Part shown: one piece after another, positions 20,354 to 30,407 of the stretch
Layout of the letters: each line of letters opens with the position of its first letter
How positions within the stretch are numbered: the stretch's first letter is position 1
NCBI GenBank assembly: GCA_036339735.1
Contig: JAYZAL010000016.1
Location: 23,499-87,498 of the forward strand
Length of the DNA stretch: 64,000 bases
Source of the DNA: Candidatus Poribacteria bacterium
GTDB lineage: Bacteria > Poribacteria > WGA-4E > UBA9662
Direction of reading: 5' to 3'
Notes under the pieces: model-generated
The model's input: the letters and a program-made list of their open reading frames with translations, nothing else
What the model was told of the DNA's origin: nothing
Databases searched by the model: none
Made by a program: the position numbers and the translations under genes

Positions 20354-20956
20354 CTAGTTTAGTAACTGAGCTGAGTGAGAATTCAATGATGTTTCACCCC
20401 GAAAACCAGTTTCTTGAAAAGCAATGACACCTTCCCTATCAATAAAGAAGGTTGCTGGGATACCACTCACATTGTACTGACTAGCTACTCCCCCCGCATT
20501 AGTTAAAACTGGGTAGCTGATGTTATTTCGGACGAACTCTTGCAGCTGTCCTACTTCTTCATCTACGCTGGCACCCAAAACTACCAATCCACTCTCGTGA
20601 TTTTTTTTATGTAATGCTTCTAGATACGGAACCTCCGTACGACAGCTACCTCACCATGTGGCCCAAAAATTTAGTACTACAGCTTTACCTCTAAGGTCTG
20701 ATAGACTAACGGTATCCCCTGCGATAGTACGTAGAGTGAAGTCTGGGGCTGTTTTCCCGATTAATGCAGCAGGGGAATCGGGTGAAGGTGCAGAGTCCGC
20801 AGGCCGGTTTTGTACTGACTTTTGAAGGTCGGTCATTAAGCGTTCATTACGCTTTTCTTGAGCTTTCTGTACAGCTTCGCAGCCGATTAGACTGACAGCT
20901 AATATGATGAAGGACAAGAAATGTGGATACGGTGTCAAAAGACGTTGCTTTTTCAT
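20354..20956 (-). CDS. Selenocysteine-containing TlpA/ResA-like thioredoxin-fold lipoprotein (UxxC), 200 aa
   Basis: ORFs 20651-20956 and 20354-20587 are in one frame joined by TGA (20651-20653): [24 protein letters not shown]...[10 protein letters not shown]...GIPATFFID; lipobox LIGC. Confidence 0.85.
20624..20640 (-). promoter_or_regulatory. Putative bacterial SECIS hairpin
   Basis: GTACGGA-GGT-TCCGTAT stem-loop starting 10 nt after the in-frame TGA, with G/U in the apical loop. Confidence 0.7.
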
Positions 20957-21018
20957 TAAAAACCCTTTAGAATCCTACTTTCGTGCAAATTCTAACGAAA
21001 TCGAAGAGAGGATGTCAA

Positions 21019-21804
21019 TTGAAAGAAAAAAAGATCGCTATTGCTGCAGCTGAAACAGCGGGTGACGTGATAATGAAGTACTACCGAAGTAAGTACGAAA
21101 TCACAGACAAAAGCCCAAATAATCCCGTTACTGAAGCGGATTTGGCCGCAAACTATCATATTCAGGAAACTATCACAAGCGCCTTTCCTCAAGATGGTTG
21201 GTTGTCAGAAGAGAGTAAAGACTCACCAGATCGAGTTGGTAAAGAACGAGTTTGGGTCATCGACCCAATCGATGGTACACTAGAGTTTATCGAAGGGCTT
21301 TCGCAATTTGCAGTCTCCATTGCTTTGGTCGAGAACAACCGACCTATTGTTGGTGTTTTAAACAACCCTGCGACGAAAGAACTCTTTGTGGCAGTCGAAG
21401 GCGAAGGTGCCCATTTGAATGGCGAACGTTTGAGTTGCTTACCTGCTACAAAAACTGAGCAGGCAACGCTCTTGGCAAGTCGTACTGAACATCAGCGAGG
21501 CCAGTTAAAGCATTTTGAAAATAGAGTAGGAGAGCTAAAGTACATTGGAAGTGTCGCTTACAAATTGGGGAGGCTAGCTGCCGGGTCTGCTCATGGGTAC
21601 TTGACGGTACAACCCAAAAACGAGTGGGACATTTGTGCGGGGGACTTAATTGTAAGGGAAGCAGGAGGAGTATTTTGGAATCGGGAAGGAGAGTCAATTC
21701 AATACAATCAGCCAGACCCCAAGCAGAGAGCAGGAATGTTCGCAGGCAGAGCCGAGTTAGTGGAAGATCTGGTCAATTTGTACAAAGAAGTGCCTAATAT
21801 GTAG
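21019..21804 (+). CDS. Inositol monophosphatase / CysQ-like 3'(2'),5'-bisphosphate nucleotidase
   Basis: NPVTEADLAA, WLSEE, WVIDPIDGT, EWDICAG; TTG start after GAGAGG. Confidence 0.88.
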   Translation: MKEKKIAIAAAETAGDVIMKYYRSKYEITDKSPNNPVTEADLAANYHIQETITSAFPQDGWLSEESKDSPDRVGKERVWVIDPIDGTLEFIEGLSQFAVSIALVENNRPIVGVLNNPATKELFVAVEGEGAHLNGERLSCLPATKTEQATLLASRTEHQRGQLKHFENRVGELKYIGSVAYKLGRLAAGSAHGYLTVQPKNEWDICAGDLIVREAGGVFWNREGESIQYNQPDPKQRAGMFAGRAELVEDLVNLYKEVPNM

Positions 21805-22101
21805 CTAAGATATACTGTCTACAATAATCCCGCCACCGACCAATCCACCAGATGCATCACGCGCTACAGATGCCCCACCAATTCCGGACAAGCCAATATT
21901 GTACGACTTCCCCTTTATGCTACTGGAGGAGTGAGGAGAACGACTTGATTGAGAGCTCTTATTTCGCGCTTCTAAGAACTCGGTTTTTCCAAGTCCGAGA
22001 GCTGGTCTCTGAAAAGCTTGGCTGGTGTTGATCAACGGGCGGACCTGAGCTAATCCTTGAGGGGAAGCGGCTGACGTTGATGCTGACGTTAATACCGGCA
22101 T
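21805..22101 (-). CDS. Small Ser/Gly-rich hypothetical protein
   Basis: RBS AAGGAG 9 nt before ATG at 22101; fills the gap between neighbouring genes; no recognisable domain. Confidence 0.55.
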   Translation of the reverse strand: MPVLTSASTSAASPQGLAQVRPLINTSQAFQRPALGLGKTEFLEARNKSSQSSRSPHSSSSIKGKSYNIGLSGIGGASVARDASGGLVGGGIIVDSIS

Positions 22102-22213
22102 GCTGTACGACTCCTTTTTACTATATTTATTTTGCACCTTTGCAGTTGCACGGCTATAATCTATCACAAAATAAGTCTAGAATCAACTCTTTTTTAAGCA
22201 TGTACTCACCATT

Positions 22214-22690
22214 ATGACAAAACTAACACACTTCGACGAAAAGGGGCATACACAAATGGTAGATGTAAGTCCCAAACCTAAAACAAAACGAACAGCCACA
22301 GCGAAAGGAGTAGTATATACAAGACGTGAAACCATTTTACAAATTAACCAACATAAGTTTGAAAAAGGTAATGTACTGGAGGTTGCACGTTTAGCAGGCA
22401 TAATGTCTACCAAACGTACTCCTGATATTATTCCATTGTGCCATGTAATTCCAATCACAGGTGTCTCCCTTCATCTATTAACTCATTTAGAACAATCTCG
22501 TGTAGAAATAGAAGCCCATGTTAAAAGTATGGGGCGAACAGGAGTAGAGATGGAGGCGATGACAGCTGTTTCCGTAGCAGCTTTGACGATTTACGATATG
22601 TGCAAAAGCGTTGATCAGACGATGCGAATTTCCGACATTCGATTAATTCAAAAAACTGGAGGGCAAAGCGGAGATTTTCGGGCTGAGTAA
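22214..22690 (+). CDS. moaC: Cyclic pyranopterin monophosphate synthase MoaC
   Basis: LTHFDEKG..QMVDVS.K, KGNVLEVARLAGIM, IPLCH, TGVEMEA, YDMCK, KTGG.SG. Confidence 0.96.
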   Translation: MTKLTHFDEKGHTQMVDVSPKPKTKRTATAKGVVYTRRETILQINQHKFEKGNVLEVARLAGIMSTKRTPDIIPLCHVIPITGVSLHLLTHLEQSRVEIEAHVKSMGRTGVEMEAMTAVSVAALTIYDMCKSVDQTMRISDIRLIQKTGGQSGDFRAE

Positions 22691-22693
22691 AGT

Positions 22694-25600
22694 TCATCTG
22701 TCATTTGTATTCGGGTACAGTACAGCAATTTTCCCACTACGTTGTATAGATCGGCCAGAGTTAGTTGCCGTTAAATCAAAAATATAGATACCTGTTGTGA
22801 CAGGCTGTTGATTTTGATTACAACAATTCCACTTCAAACTGGTATTTGAACCAGTAACATTCGAAAGAGAAGTCGAGTAAACTTTCTCGCCTGACACACT
22901 ATAGATGGTTAGTTCAATGTCCGCTAGCCTAGTAACTTGGAAATGTATTTGGGCTTGTCGAGTAGCAGGATTAGGATACGCGAAAACTGGGTCAATAAAG
23001 TCGAAAATATCTTGACTAAAGAAAACATTTTCAAATTGTGCCATATTTCCAGCACGATCAAAAGCCTCAACGTTCAAGGTGTGCCGACCAGGAAACAGGT
23101 TACCTGGCAAATATGTCAATTTACCAGAAAATGAGTCCATCATCTGAAATCGCATTTCCCTATTAGTATTCTGATTGGTTTGGGACGAAGTTAAAACAAC
23201 CGCAGGCTTTTCATCTATCTTTACGGATAAGCGATCAATACCTGATCCATTATCCGTAATTGTTAGCTCAATTAATTGCTCATTCTTCTGAAAAGACCCA
23301 ATCATCGGTGCATTTCGATCTACCAGAAGGCCATAACTACCCAATTTTTCAACAACTGCCACCAAATATACTTGGTCATCGATTTTTATTCTCCTTACAT
23401 TAGGCACTGGCAGCCAGATTTTTTGCCAATAGAATAAGGCCGTAGACTCAAGGATTTCCTCTGTTTTTTTTGATGGGATGCGTAACTCGAAACTTGAATT
23501 CTGAAAAACCTCTGACGTTACATCTAATTTAATTTCATGAACAGGGTAAATAATTTCAAGCTGTCGACTTTCTGCATTCTGTAATTGACTTAAAACTCGA
23601 TTTGAGTCGAAACCACTTTGACTAGAAAGTTTTGGTTTTAAATTCAGTTGTGGATTCAAAAAAGTCAGACTTGCACCCTTTGGGTGATAAATATGATAAG
23701 GGACTAAGATTGAATGATATCCCTGTTTTTTCTGTGGGAAAGGTAATATGGGAGATGACTGAAACTGATTTTGATCAGTGTAATAGCCAATTCTGCGAAG
23801 CATTAATGATTGCCCGCTAGTTAAACTGAAGTCCGCAGCAATATCAAAGCTGTCGGCCTGTGAATTTAGTCGGAATTGGCCTTGGTAGATAAATAAACTT
23901 TCTAGTTCAGGGTTTGTCCCCTTTTCTTGGGCCTGACGTTTTACCATCTGACGAGTTGCTTGTGGTTCTAGTTTTTCCAATGGGACTAATTGGAGGTCAA
24001 TACTATAGACTCGGTGGGAGTTCTTACGATTTCCTGATTGGACGACAGTAACTTTTGAATTTCCAATCGTTTTTAGAACTTTATTAGAAACTAGATGTAC
24101 CCATAGATGATTTTCATCACGAATTGCGGAAAGCGAAGCATAAAAAGGTTGACGATCAATAGTAAAAATCGATGAAACCGGGGCTGATAGATTGCCTTCT
24201 AGGTCTCTTACTTGTAATCTAAGTTTATGCTTACCCTGACTCAATTCTTGAACTGGCCGATAAGTAAACTTGCCATTTTCAGGATCAAAAGTAAATCTAT
24301 TCCCATCAAAATTGGCAATCTGAATATCCTTTTCTCCGCCTTCTAATGCGTCTGGGTCAAAATGAAATGTTTGCTTATCAAAATCGAAGATCAGTGAAAA
24401 CGGATCTATTTCTACATTGTCCAGTAAATAGCAAGAAATAACGATTTTACCCTTCGGATATGTCAAAATTTGACCGTTAGAAGGGTAAAAATCAACAATC
24501 CCTGGAGGGTACATATCGATTGGAGCTAACTGCCCAACCGGATTTTTGGTTTTAGCAATACTATATACAACGCGACGAAACAAGCGGGAATGTCGATTGA
24601 ATTCATCTTTAGCTACTAACACAATTGTGTTAGTACCAACTTGTAATCCTAGATTTTGACTAAAAGCTCCATCAGATTCAACAGGAATAGTAATTGTCTT
24701 TTCCTCTTTTGTTGATTGCTGCTGAATTTGAAGCTCTGAGCTGTCCGTGGTTCCCGAAACTAATATGTATGGGACTGGGGAAATTGTGAAATCATTAGGC
24801 TCGCTCAGTTCTAATGCAGGTGGCTGAACATCTTGAATAATTGTTCGATATATTTCGGTCGTTCCTAAAATTGGTGAGATCGCCCGAATATGTAGTAGAT
24901 TGCTACCTTCACTTAGCAAAATTCTTGCAGAAAATAGACCACTGGTTTCAGTCGCTATCAGATCATTGTTAACATAGAGCTTAGCATCACTACTAGTTTT
25001 CCCTGTTAAATTAATCATTTGTTGATCGGTAACCTTTCCTTCATAAGGAGAAAAAATCTCTAAGGTTGGTTTATGATTTTCTACTAAAACCGTTTGTTCA
25101 TCTATTACTATTTGATTTCCATCGGGATGATTGGATGTAACTGTCAAACGCAGGATATATTCTCCTCTTAATCGTCTCGTGTCCCATTGACCAAGGAAGC
25201 TAGTAGTGGCGACTGGCTGAGTTGAACGGCCACCAATCGGAACCCAAGTTCGTACAGGGATGGAAACGTCGGCATAGTGCAAAGAAAACTCTTGAAATTT
25301 AGGTCCTCTTGCTAGACCTATTAATTCGACTTTCCCAGATACTATATCTCGGTTGTAGGGTGTGACGATCTGAGCTTCTACATACACCATAGGGAAGACA
25401 ATGGGCACGATATGCAGCTGGTCTTTGGACTGATACACCAACTGTTTGGTGGTTGACGACCAACAAGCTGAATCAACTGGGGTACCGATTGGGGTTAGCT
25501 GCGATGGTAATTTAGCCTGACGGGCCAAAGGATCTAATGAAGTAGAAACAGCTGCCTTTGATTGGCCGAAACGATCAGTCAAAAATAATAAGTATTTACC

Positions 25601-28072
25601 ATTCGGTGCCCAGCGAGGTTGGGTTTCATTTGCAAAACTCTGTCTCAATAATTGTTCTGTAGTTTCGTCAGACTGATCCACGTCGATCAACAAAATATCC
25701 CAGTTTCCGGCTCGATTTGATTGAAAAGCTATTCTAACCATATCAGGAGACCACGACGGAAACGTATCGTGATAATCATTTCGAGTTAACTGGTGATAAG
25801 TTATCTGTGGAGAGGTCAATTGAGCAAGGAAAATTTCATCGTTACCATTGTGTGTGATAGTAACGGCTAGTTGATCTCCTGTTGGAGACCAACTAGCCGT
25901 ACGAGCAGGCCGATCTAATTGACGGCGTAAGTCTGATCCATCGATATTGACAGACCAAATTTCCCAGTCTAATTGAGTCGAGTCTGATTGAGGTCGCTTA
26001 GATTGAAATGTAACTACCTCTCCGTTGGGATGCCAAGATGGGTGCAAATCAATCCACTGGTCTTTGGTTAGTCGTGATCTTTGACCAGAATCTAACTCTA
26101 GAATCCAAATATCTACTGATCCTGCGGCATTACTTGAGAAAGCAATAAATTCTCCATTCGGAGACCAAGCAGGCGTATAGTCAGATACATCAGTTTGGTT
26201 TGATGTTACTTGATAACTTAAACCCCCCGAAATAGGTAAAGGTTGATGGTTATCAATGATTACCAAAGACTGAATACTAGTTTGGTTTTGAACAGCATCA
26301 ACCGCTGTTAGAGACAAAGTATAAATTCCATCCAAGCCCGTTGTATCCCAGACGTAAATTTGTTCGTGTTCAAACGGAGTTCGGATAGGTGGTCCCAAAT
26401 TTTTCCAACTATCTGACAAACTTGGCAGACGTCCATTTCCCAAGCGCAGTTGGAAATTGACTAGATTATCATCCAAGCAGGTAGCTGTTATTACAACCTT
26501 CGGTGAAACAATAACTGGGATTTTGTCATTTTTCGTATTATTGGCCGAAATCGATGTTGGAGTATGAAGTTGCAAGTCGGGTGGTTGGTAATCGACATAA
26601 ATAGGCTCCGATGTAGGGGAAAATTGGCTTCGATTACCAACAGAATCAGCTGCTTGAATTTGAATTCTATAAGATTTGTTATTTACTAGTGGTTGGTAAT
26701 CATAACGTGGCAAATCTATTTGGCTAATTTCCTCAAACTTAGCCTGATCAATAGAAACCCAAACATGGTATATAACAGATTCAGGTCCCTTATCCCAAAT
26801 GAAAGTTACATTCTGATCGTTGTCGAAACCAGATGGAGCGTCAAGGTCAACATGAATGGGACGAGATGGCTTTGGGGGTGGGGTTATATCTATACGCCGA
26901 TAGAATAAGTGGTTCGGTGTTTCCAATTTTGATTCTAACCAAACTAGTTGCACTTCGTGCCGATATGAGGACACCGCTACCCATGCAGGACTTATTTCAG
27001 GTCCAAATCGATTAGGTAGAAGAAATGATTTATTACCGGACCATTTGAGGTCATAATTCGAGAAATAGAGTTCCCAGTTACCTGAACGCCCATCTCGCCA
27101 GAATAACCATGTGCTATCACTTGATAGTGAGATTTGTGGTGAAATTGACTCAGCAGAGTTATTAGTAATCTGTTCTATTTGGTAAACGCCAGGTTGTCGA
27201 GAATCAAAATTTTGAGCTACCCAAATATCTGCAGGGTCTAATGGTTGTAGTCGAGATTCCCAAGCTACAGAAATAAATGCTTTACCAAAACGATGTTGTT
27301 GATAGTTACTCATAGCTACCATCGGCCGACGAGCGTGCCCAGATGATGACAATCTCCAATGAGTACTACCAACTAAACCATGGTATTGTTGGGCATAAAT
27401 TTGCCCGGTAGCTTCTCGATGGTCTCGCCAAACAACAGTCGATGTCTGAAAACCAGCTGCGACATCAGGTTCCGCAGATTGCCATTGACCAGTTAAAGGT
27501 CTAGGTTTCCGCCAAGTGTTACCTTGATTATCACTAATAGTAATTTTAGCCTGAATCCCGACCAATGGATCCGAATTTTGGGTTGGAACCTGTTCCCAAA
27601 CAACGTAGATAAAATTGTTTGGGGATGTCTTAGTTGCAGAAATTCGAGGTCGCCGCCCACTGGTCGATAATGTTGACTGATTTTTCCATATCTCGCCATC
27701 ATATAAGGCAAACTTAATAGCTTGATCTTCTTGCCAAACTAAATAAAGATAACGATTATCAAGTTCTATATCTGGCTCAACACTGTCAGCAGAAGTTTGA
27801 GTTACTCGTTGATCGATGGACCAGTTTTCTCCGGCATTTTTACTATGGCGAAAAAAAATCTCCTTTGATGCTAAACGATCATCAGACCAAACGATATATA
27901 CATCATTTGCCCACGCCTTTATAGCCGGTTGTGTAGCTGATAAGTCGGTTAATTCTAAAGTTTCCGTCCACGGTTGATCAGGCCAAACCACACTGGAAAT
28001 GAACAAGAAGATTAACTGTAGCAAACGGTTTTTGTTGTTAGTACATTCTGAGAGTGTAGATGGTTGACACAT
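22694..28072 (-). CDS. Large secreted multidomain protein: N-terminal BNR-like propeller, FN3-like, TolB/PD40 repeats, Ig-like domains, C-terminal FlgD-Ig/T9SS-like domain
   Basis: SKNAGENW and SDNQGNTW Asp-box-like motifs; repeated P(A/S)WSP.G (PD40); C-terminus FAYPNPA...TIYSVSGE...W...TGIYIF...GKIAVL. Confidence 0.75.
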   Translation of the reverse strand: MCQPSTLSECTNNKNRLLQLIFLFISSVVWPDQPWTETLELTDLSATQPAIKAWANDVYIVWSDDRLASKEIFFRHSKNAGENWSIDQRVTQTSADSVEPDIELDNRYLYLVWQEDQAIKFALYDGEIWKNQSTLSTSGRRPRISATKTSPNNFIYVVWEQVPTQNSDPLVGIQAKITISDNQGNTWRKPRPLTGQWQSAEPDVAAGFQTSTVVWRDHREATGQIYAQQYHGLVGSTHWRLSSSGHARRPMVAMSNYQQHRFGKAFISVAWESRLQPLDPADIWVAQNFDSRQPGVYQIEQITNNSAESISPQISLSSDSTWLFWRDGRSGNWELYFSNYDLKWSGNKSFLLPNRFGPEISPAWVAVSSYRHEVQLVWLESKLETPNHLFYRRIDITPPPKPSRPIHVDLDAPSGFDNDQNVTFIWDKGPESVIYHVWVSIDQAKFEEISQIDLPRYDYQPLVNNKSYRIQIQAADSVGNRSQFSPTSEPIYVDYQPPDLQLHTPTSISANNTKNDKIPVIVSPKVVITATCLDDNLVNFQLRLGNGRLPSLSDSWKNLGPPIRTPFEHEQIYVWDTTGLDGIYTLSLTAVDAVQNQTSIQSLVIIDNHQPLPISGGLSYQVTSNQTDVSDYTPAWSPNGEFIAFSSNAAGSVDIWILELDSGQRSRLTKDQWIDLHPSWHPNGEVVTFQSKRPQSDSTQLDWEIWSVNIDGSDLRRQLDRPARTASWSPTGDQLAVTITHNGNDEIFLAQLTSPQITYHQLTRNDYHDTFPSWSPDMVRIAFQSNRAGNWDILLIDVDQSDETTEQLLRQSFANETQPRWAPNGKYLLFLTDRFGQSKAAVSTSLDPLARQAKLPSQLTPIGTPVDSACWSSTTKQLVYQSKDQLHIVPIVFPMVYVEAQIVTPYNRDIVSGKVELIGLARGPKFQEFSLHYADVSIPVRTWVPIGGRSTQPVATTSFLGQWDTRRLRGEYILRLTVTSNHPDGNQIVIDEQTVLVENHKPTLEIFSPYEGKVTDQQMINLTGKTSSDAKLYVNNDLIATETSGLFSARILLSEGSNLLHIRAISPILGTTEIYRTIIQDVQPPALELSEPNDFTISPVPYILVSGTTDSSELQIQQQSTKEEKTITIPVESDGAFSQNLGLQVGTNTIVLVAKDEFNRHSRLFRRVVYSIAKTKNPVGQLAPIDMYPPGIVDFYPSNGQILTYPKGKIVISCYLLDNVEIDPFSLIFDFDKQTFHFDPDALEGGEKDIQIANFDGNRFTFDPENGKFTYRPVQELSQGKHKLRLQVRDLEGNLSAPVSSIFTIDRQPFYASLSAIRDENHLWVHLVSNKVLKTIGNSKVTVVQSGNRKNSHRVYSIDLQLVPLEKLEPQATRQMVKRQAQEKGTNPELESLFIYQGQFRLNSQADSFDIAADFSLTSGQSLMLRRIGYYTDQNQFQSSPILPFPQKKQGYHSILVPYHIYHPKGASLTFLNPQLNLKPKLSSQSGFDSNRVLSQLQNAESRQLEIIYPVHEIKLDVTSEVFQNSSFELRIPSKKTEEILESTALFYWQKIWLPVPNVRRIKIDDQVYLVAVVEKLGSYGLLVDRNAPMIGSFQKNEQLIELTITDNGSGIDRLSVKIDEKPAVVLTSSQTNQNTNREMRFQMMDSFSGKLTYLPGNLFPGRHTLNVEAFDRAGNMAQFENVFFSQDIFDFIDPVFAYPNPATRQAQIHFQVTRLADIELTIYSVSGEKVYSTSLSNVTGSNTSLKWNCCNQNQQPVTTGIYIFDLTATNSGRSIQRSGKIAVLYPNTNDR

Positions 28073-28106
28073 AGGCCAGCGTTTAGCCAGAAATAAAATG
28101 TGAAAT

Positions 28107-29075
28107 TCAGGGAGTAGATTCGGTAGTTGGATTAACCGGAGCTGCTTGATCTAATTTAACTTGACCAGATTTTTGTATATTCACTGGTTGATCGATGTAG
28201 GTTAAGATCCGGTCAAGATCAAGAAGAACATGAGGTAAGTCCTTGACAATAATTGAGTTGGTATTAGTATCTACTACAATTGGTGTTTCATCAGTACTCA
28301 GGAACGGTGTTATGATTGGAATAACCGATTTGGCTGAGATGTGATGAATTTTAAAAAATTCTAACTCTCGTAAGTCGAGTGTTTCGACTAAGTGGTGATT
28401 AAGCGAGTCAGTTTCAGATTTAGGGCTTACTGTAAGGTCAGGGTTGTCTGAGTTACCAGATGTGTCGGACTGTAAATTAGATTTGCCTTCTGGTGATGAA
28501 GCAACTAATTCTAGCCGTTGTTTTTGTCCTAGTAACCAGTTTAAAGTGCGCTTCTTATGCCTCATTTGCCTTTGTAGTATACGGACTTCATCGGAGGATG
28601 GGTTAGATTTTGTTAGTTCTTCAATCCCCTTACTAGAACCTTGAATTTCGGACAGTAAAACCTGAATTCGTTCTTCGATTTGTTTTTTCGAAAGTGGAAA
28701 TGGGCGTCGGGTTTGGGTGGGAAAAGATTGCTGAATTTCTCGCATCCTTTTCTGAATTGACTGCACACGGCTAATAGTTTCGGTCGTTGATTGTTGATCA
28801 GTTTTTCCCGAATCAAACAGGTTCATACTGGGCAAAGAAATGCTAGATCCAAACTGCTGACTTAACTCCTTCAATTCTCCGGATAGACGGTTGAATTCAG
28901 ATTGTAAGTCGGCACGCTCTTTCTCTGATATTTGCGAACGCTGAGAGGCAACCTTTGACCCGTTTTTTTCTGAAGGTCTAGACTCAGTTGTTTCGGAATA
29001 GACCACTGGACTACTCAACAGCCAGAAAAACAAAAATAGAACATACAGGGCTAAGGTCTGTCGCTTATCAACCAT
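28107..29075 (-). CDS. Secreted coiled-coil protein with a single secretin N-domain (NolW/GspD-N-like) and no secretin barrel
   Basis: Signal peptide; coiled-coil segments; FFKIHHISAKSVIPIITPFLS...IVVDTNTNSIIVKD.P..L..LDRIL..IDQP. Confidence 0.6.
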   Translation of the reverse strand: MVDKRQTLALYVLFLFFWLLSSPVVYSETTESRPSEKNGSKVASQRSQISEKERADLQSEFNRLSGELKELSQQFGSSISLPSMNLFDSGKTDQQSTTETISRVQSIQKRMREIQQSFPTQTRRPFPLSKKQIEERIQVLLSEIQGSSKGIEELTKSNPSSDEVRILQRQMRHKKRTLNWLLGQKQRLELVASSPEGKSNLQSDTSGNSDNPDLTVSPKSETDSLNHHLVETLDLRELEFFKIHHISAKSVIPIITPFLSTDETPIVVDTNTNSIIVKDLPHVLLDLDRILTYIDQPVNIQKSGQVKLDQAAPVNPTTESTP

Positions 29076-29363
29076 TTTGTCGAGGCTCAATCAGAAATTT
29101 TGTTAAAGTTAAGTATATCACCGACTCAACCGATCATCAATAACAGAAAGCACACAAGCGTCTTGCAATTACAGTCGGATCTTTTCCAGTTCTATAATAA
29201 AGTACTAATTACGGACGACGTTGCATTTACAATATTATGGGATCTATCTAATAACGAAGTTTAACTAGACAAACCCAATCAATAAGAGCTTTTCATAGTC
29301 GATTGACGACGATTTGTTGATCAATCAGCAGGTTACTTTGTTTCACAAGACTAAGATTTTTTT

Positions 29364-30407
29364 CTAGTCCAGAATGCCAGTTTCCTTTAAATTAACAACC
29401 TTACCGGTTTCAAATGAGCGGCTAGCTGCTAATGTTAACTCTAAAGTTTTTAATGAGTCCCCGTAGGTTGACCTGATCTGAGACGTGTTTCCTGTCTTTA
29501 CCGCATCGATGAAAACTCGGTCTTCTTCGACATATCCGCTTATATAATGTGTGTGTTCTTCAATTTTTCCTCTTCGATTGATACGTAAGTTTCCTCCCTT
29601 AGTTCCTTCATCTTTAGAGCTAGTATCGATAAAACTGAGTTCCAAAGACGGTTCAATTTCAACAACTAATCCGTCACAAAATAGTTCCAACCGTATTCGA
29701 CTCCATTGTTTTAGCATACAAGCTGAAGTGATATTAACTATCACGCCATTGGCAAATCGGATATTAATCATGCTCATATCATCTACGTTATGATTTTTAA
29801 CCACTTTCGTACTATCTCGAGCTGAGAAACCATGAACTGCAACTACGTCGCTGTTAACTAAATAACGGCACAAATCAAAAACATGTGTCGTCTGCTCTAC
29901 GTGTTGGCCTCCGGATTGTTCTCGTATGGACCACCAAGGCGTTCCTGGAAACCCACTCATCCAATACCCCAAAGCACCAACAATTTTTTGTTCCGACAGA
30001 AGCGATTTAGCCAGATTGATATTGTGCTGGTATCGCCAATGATAGCCAATACTAGAAATGATATTGTGCTCTTGAATGGCTTGATAAATCTTTTCTGCTA
30101 CTTTCATTTGAGTGGAAAGCGGTTTTTCAATAAACATAGGAATCCGACGTTGGCAAACGGCTAACTCTGGCTCACCATGAGCAAATGGTGGTACACAAAT
30201 ATAGATCGCGTCAATATGTTCTTTATCTAGCATCATCTCATAATCAGTATATGGTTTTCCACCGTATTTTTGACACTGCCTGATGGCTTGAACCTCAGAG
30301 ATATCGCAGATGGCTACCAATTTAACATCTTCAAAATTAGACAAATTACGAAAATGACCACTTGCCATACCTCCAGCCCCAATAGCAGCGACTCTCAGAT
30401 GTTCCAT
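29364..30407 (-). CDS. Gfo/Idh/MocA family oxidoreductase
   Basis: IGAGGMASGH, FIEKPL, SGGQHVEQTTHVFD. Confidence 0.9.
   Translation of the reverse strand: MEHLRVAAIGAGGMASGHFRNLSNFEDVKLVAICDISEVQAIRQCQKYGGKPYTDYEMMLDKEHIDAIYICVPPFAHGEPELAVCQRRIPMFIEKPLSTQMKVAEKIYQAIQEHNIISSIGYHWRYQHNINLAKSLLSEQKIVGALGYWMSGFPGTPWWSIREQSGGQHVEQTTHVFDLCRYLVNSDVVAVHGFSARDSTKVVKNHNVDDMSMINIRFANGVIVNITSACMLKQWSRIRLELFCDGLVVEIEPSLELSFIDTSSKDEGTKGGNLRINRRGKIEEHTHYISGYVEEDRVFIDAVKTGNTSQIRSTYGDSLKTLELTLAASRSFETGKVVNLKETGILD

Noticed and set aside
20354-20956. Two separate small genes or a nonsense pseudogene
   Set aside because: Both halves share a frame, the TGA is at the catalytic Cys position, a SECIS-like hairpin follows and there are no other lesions
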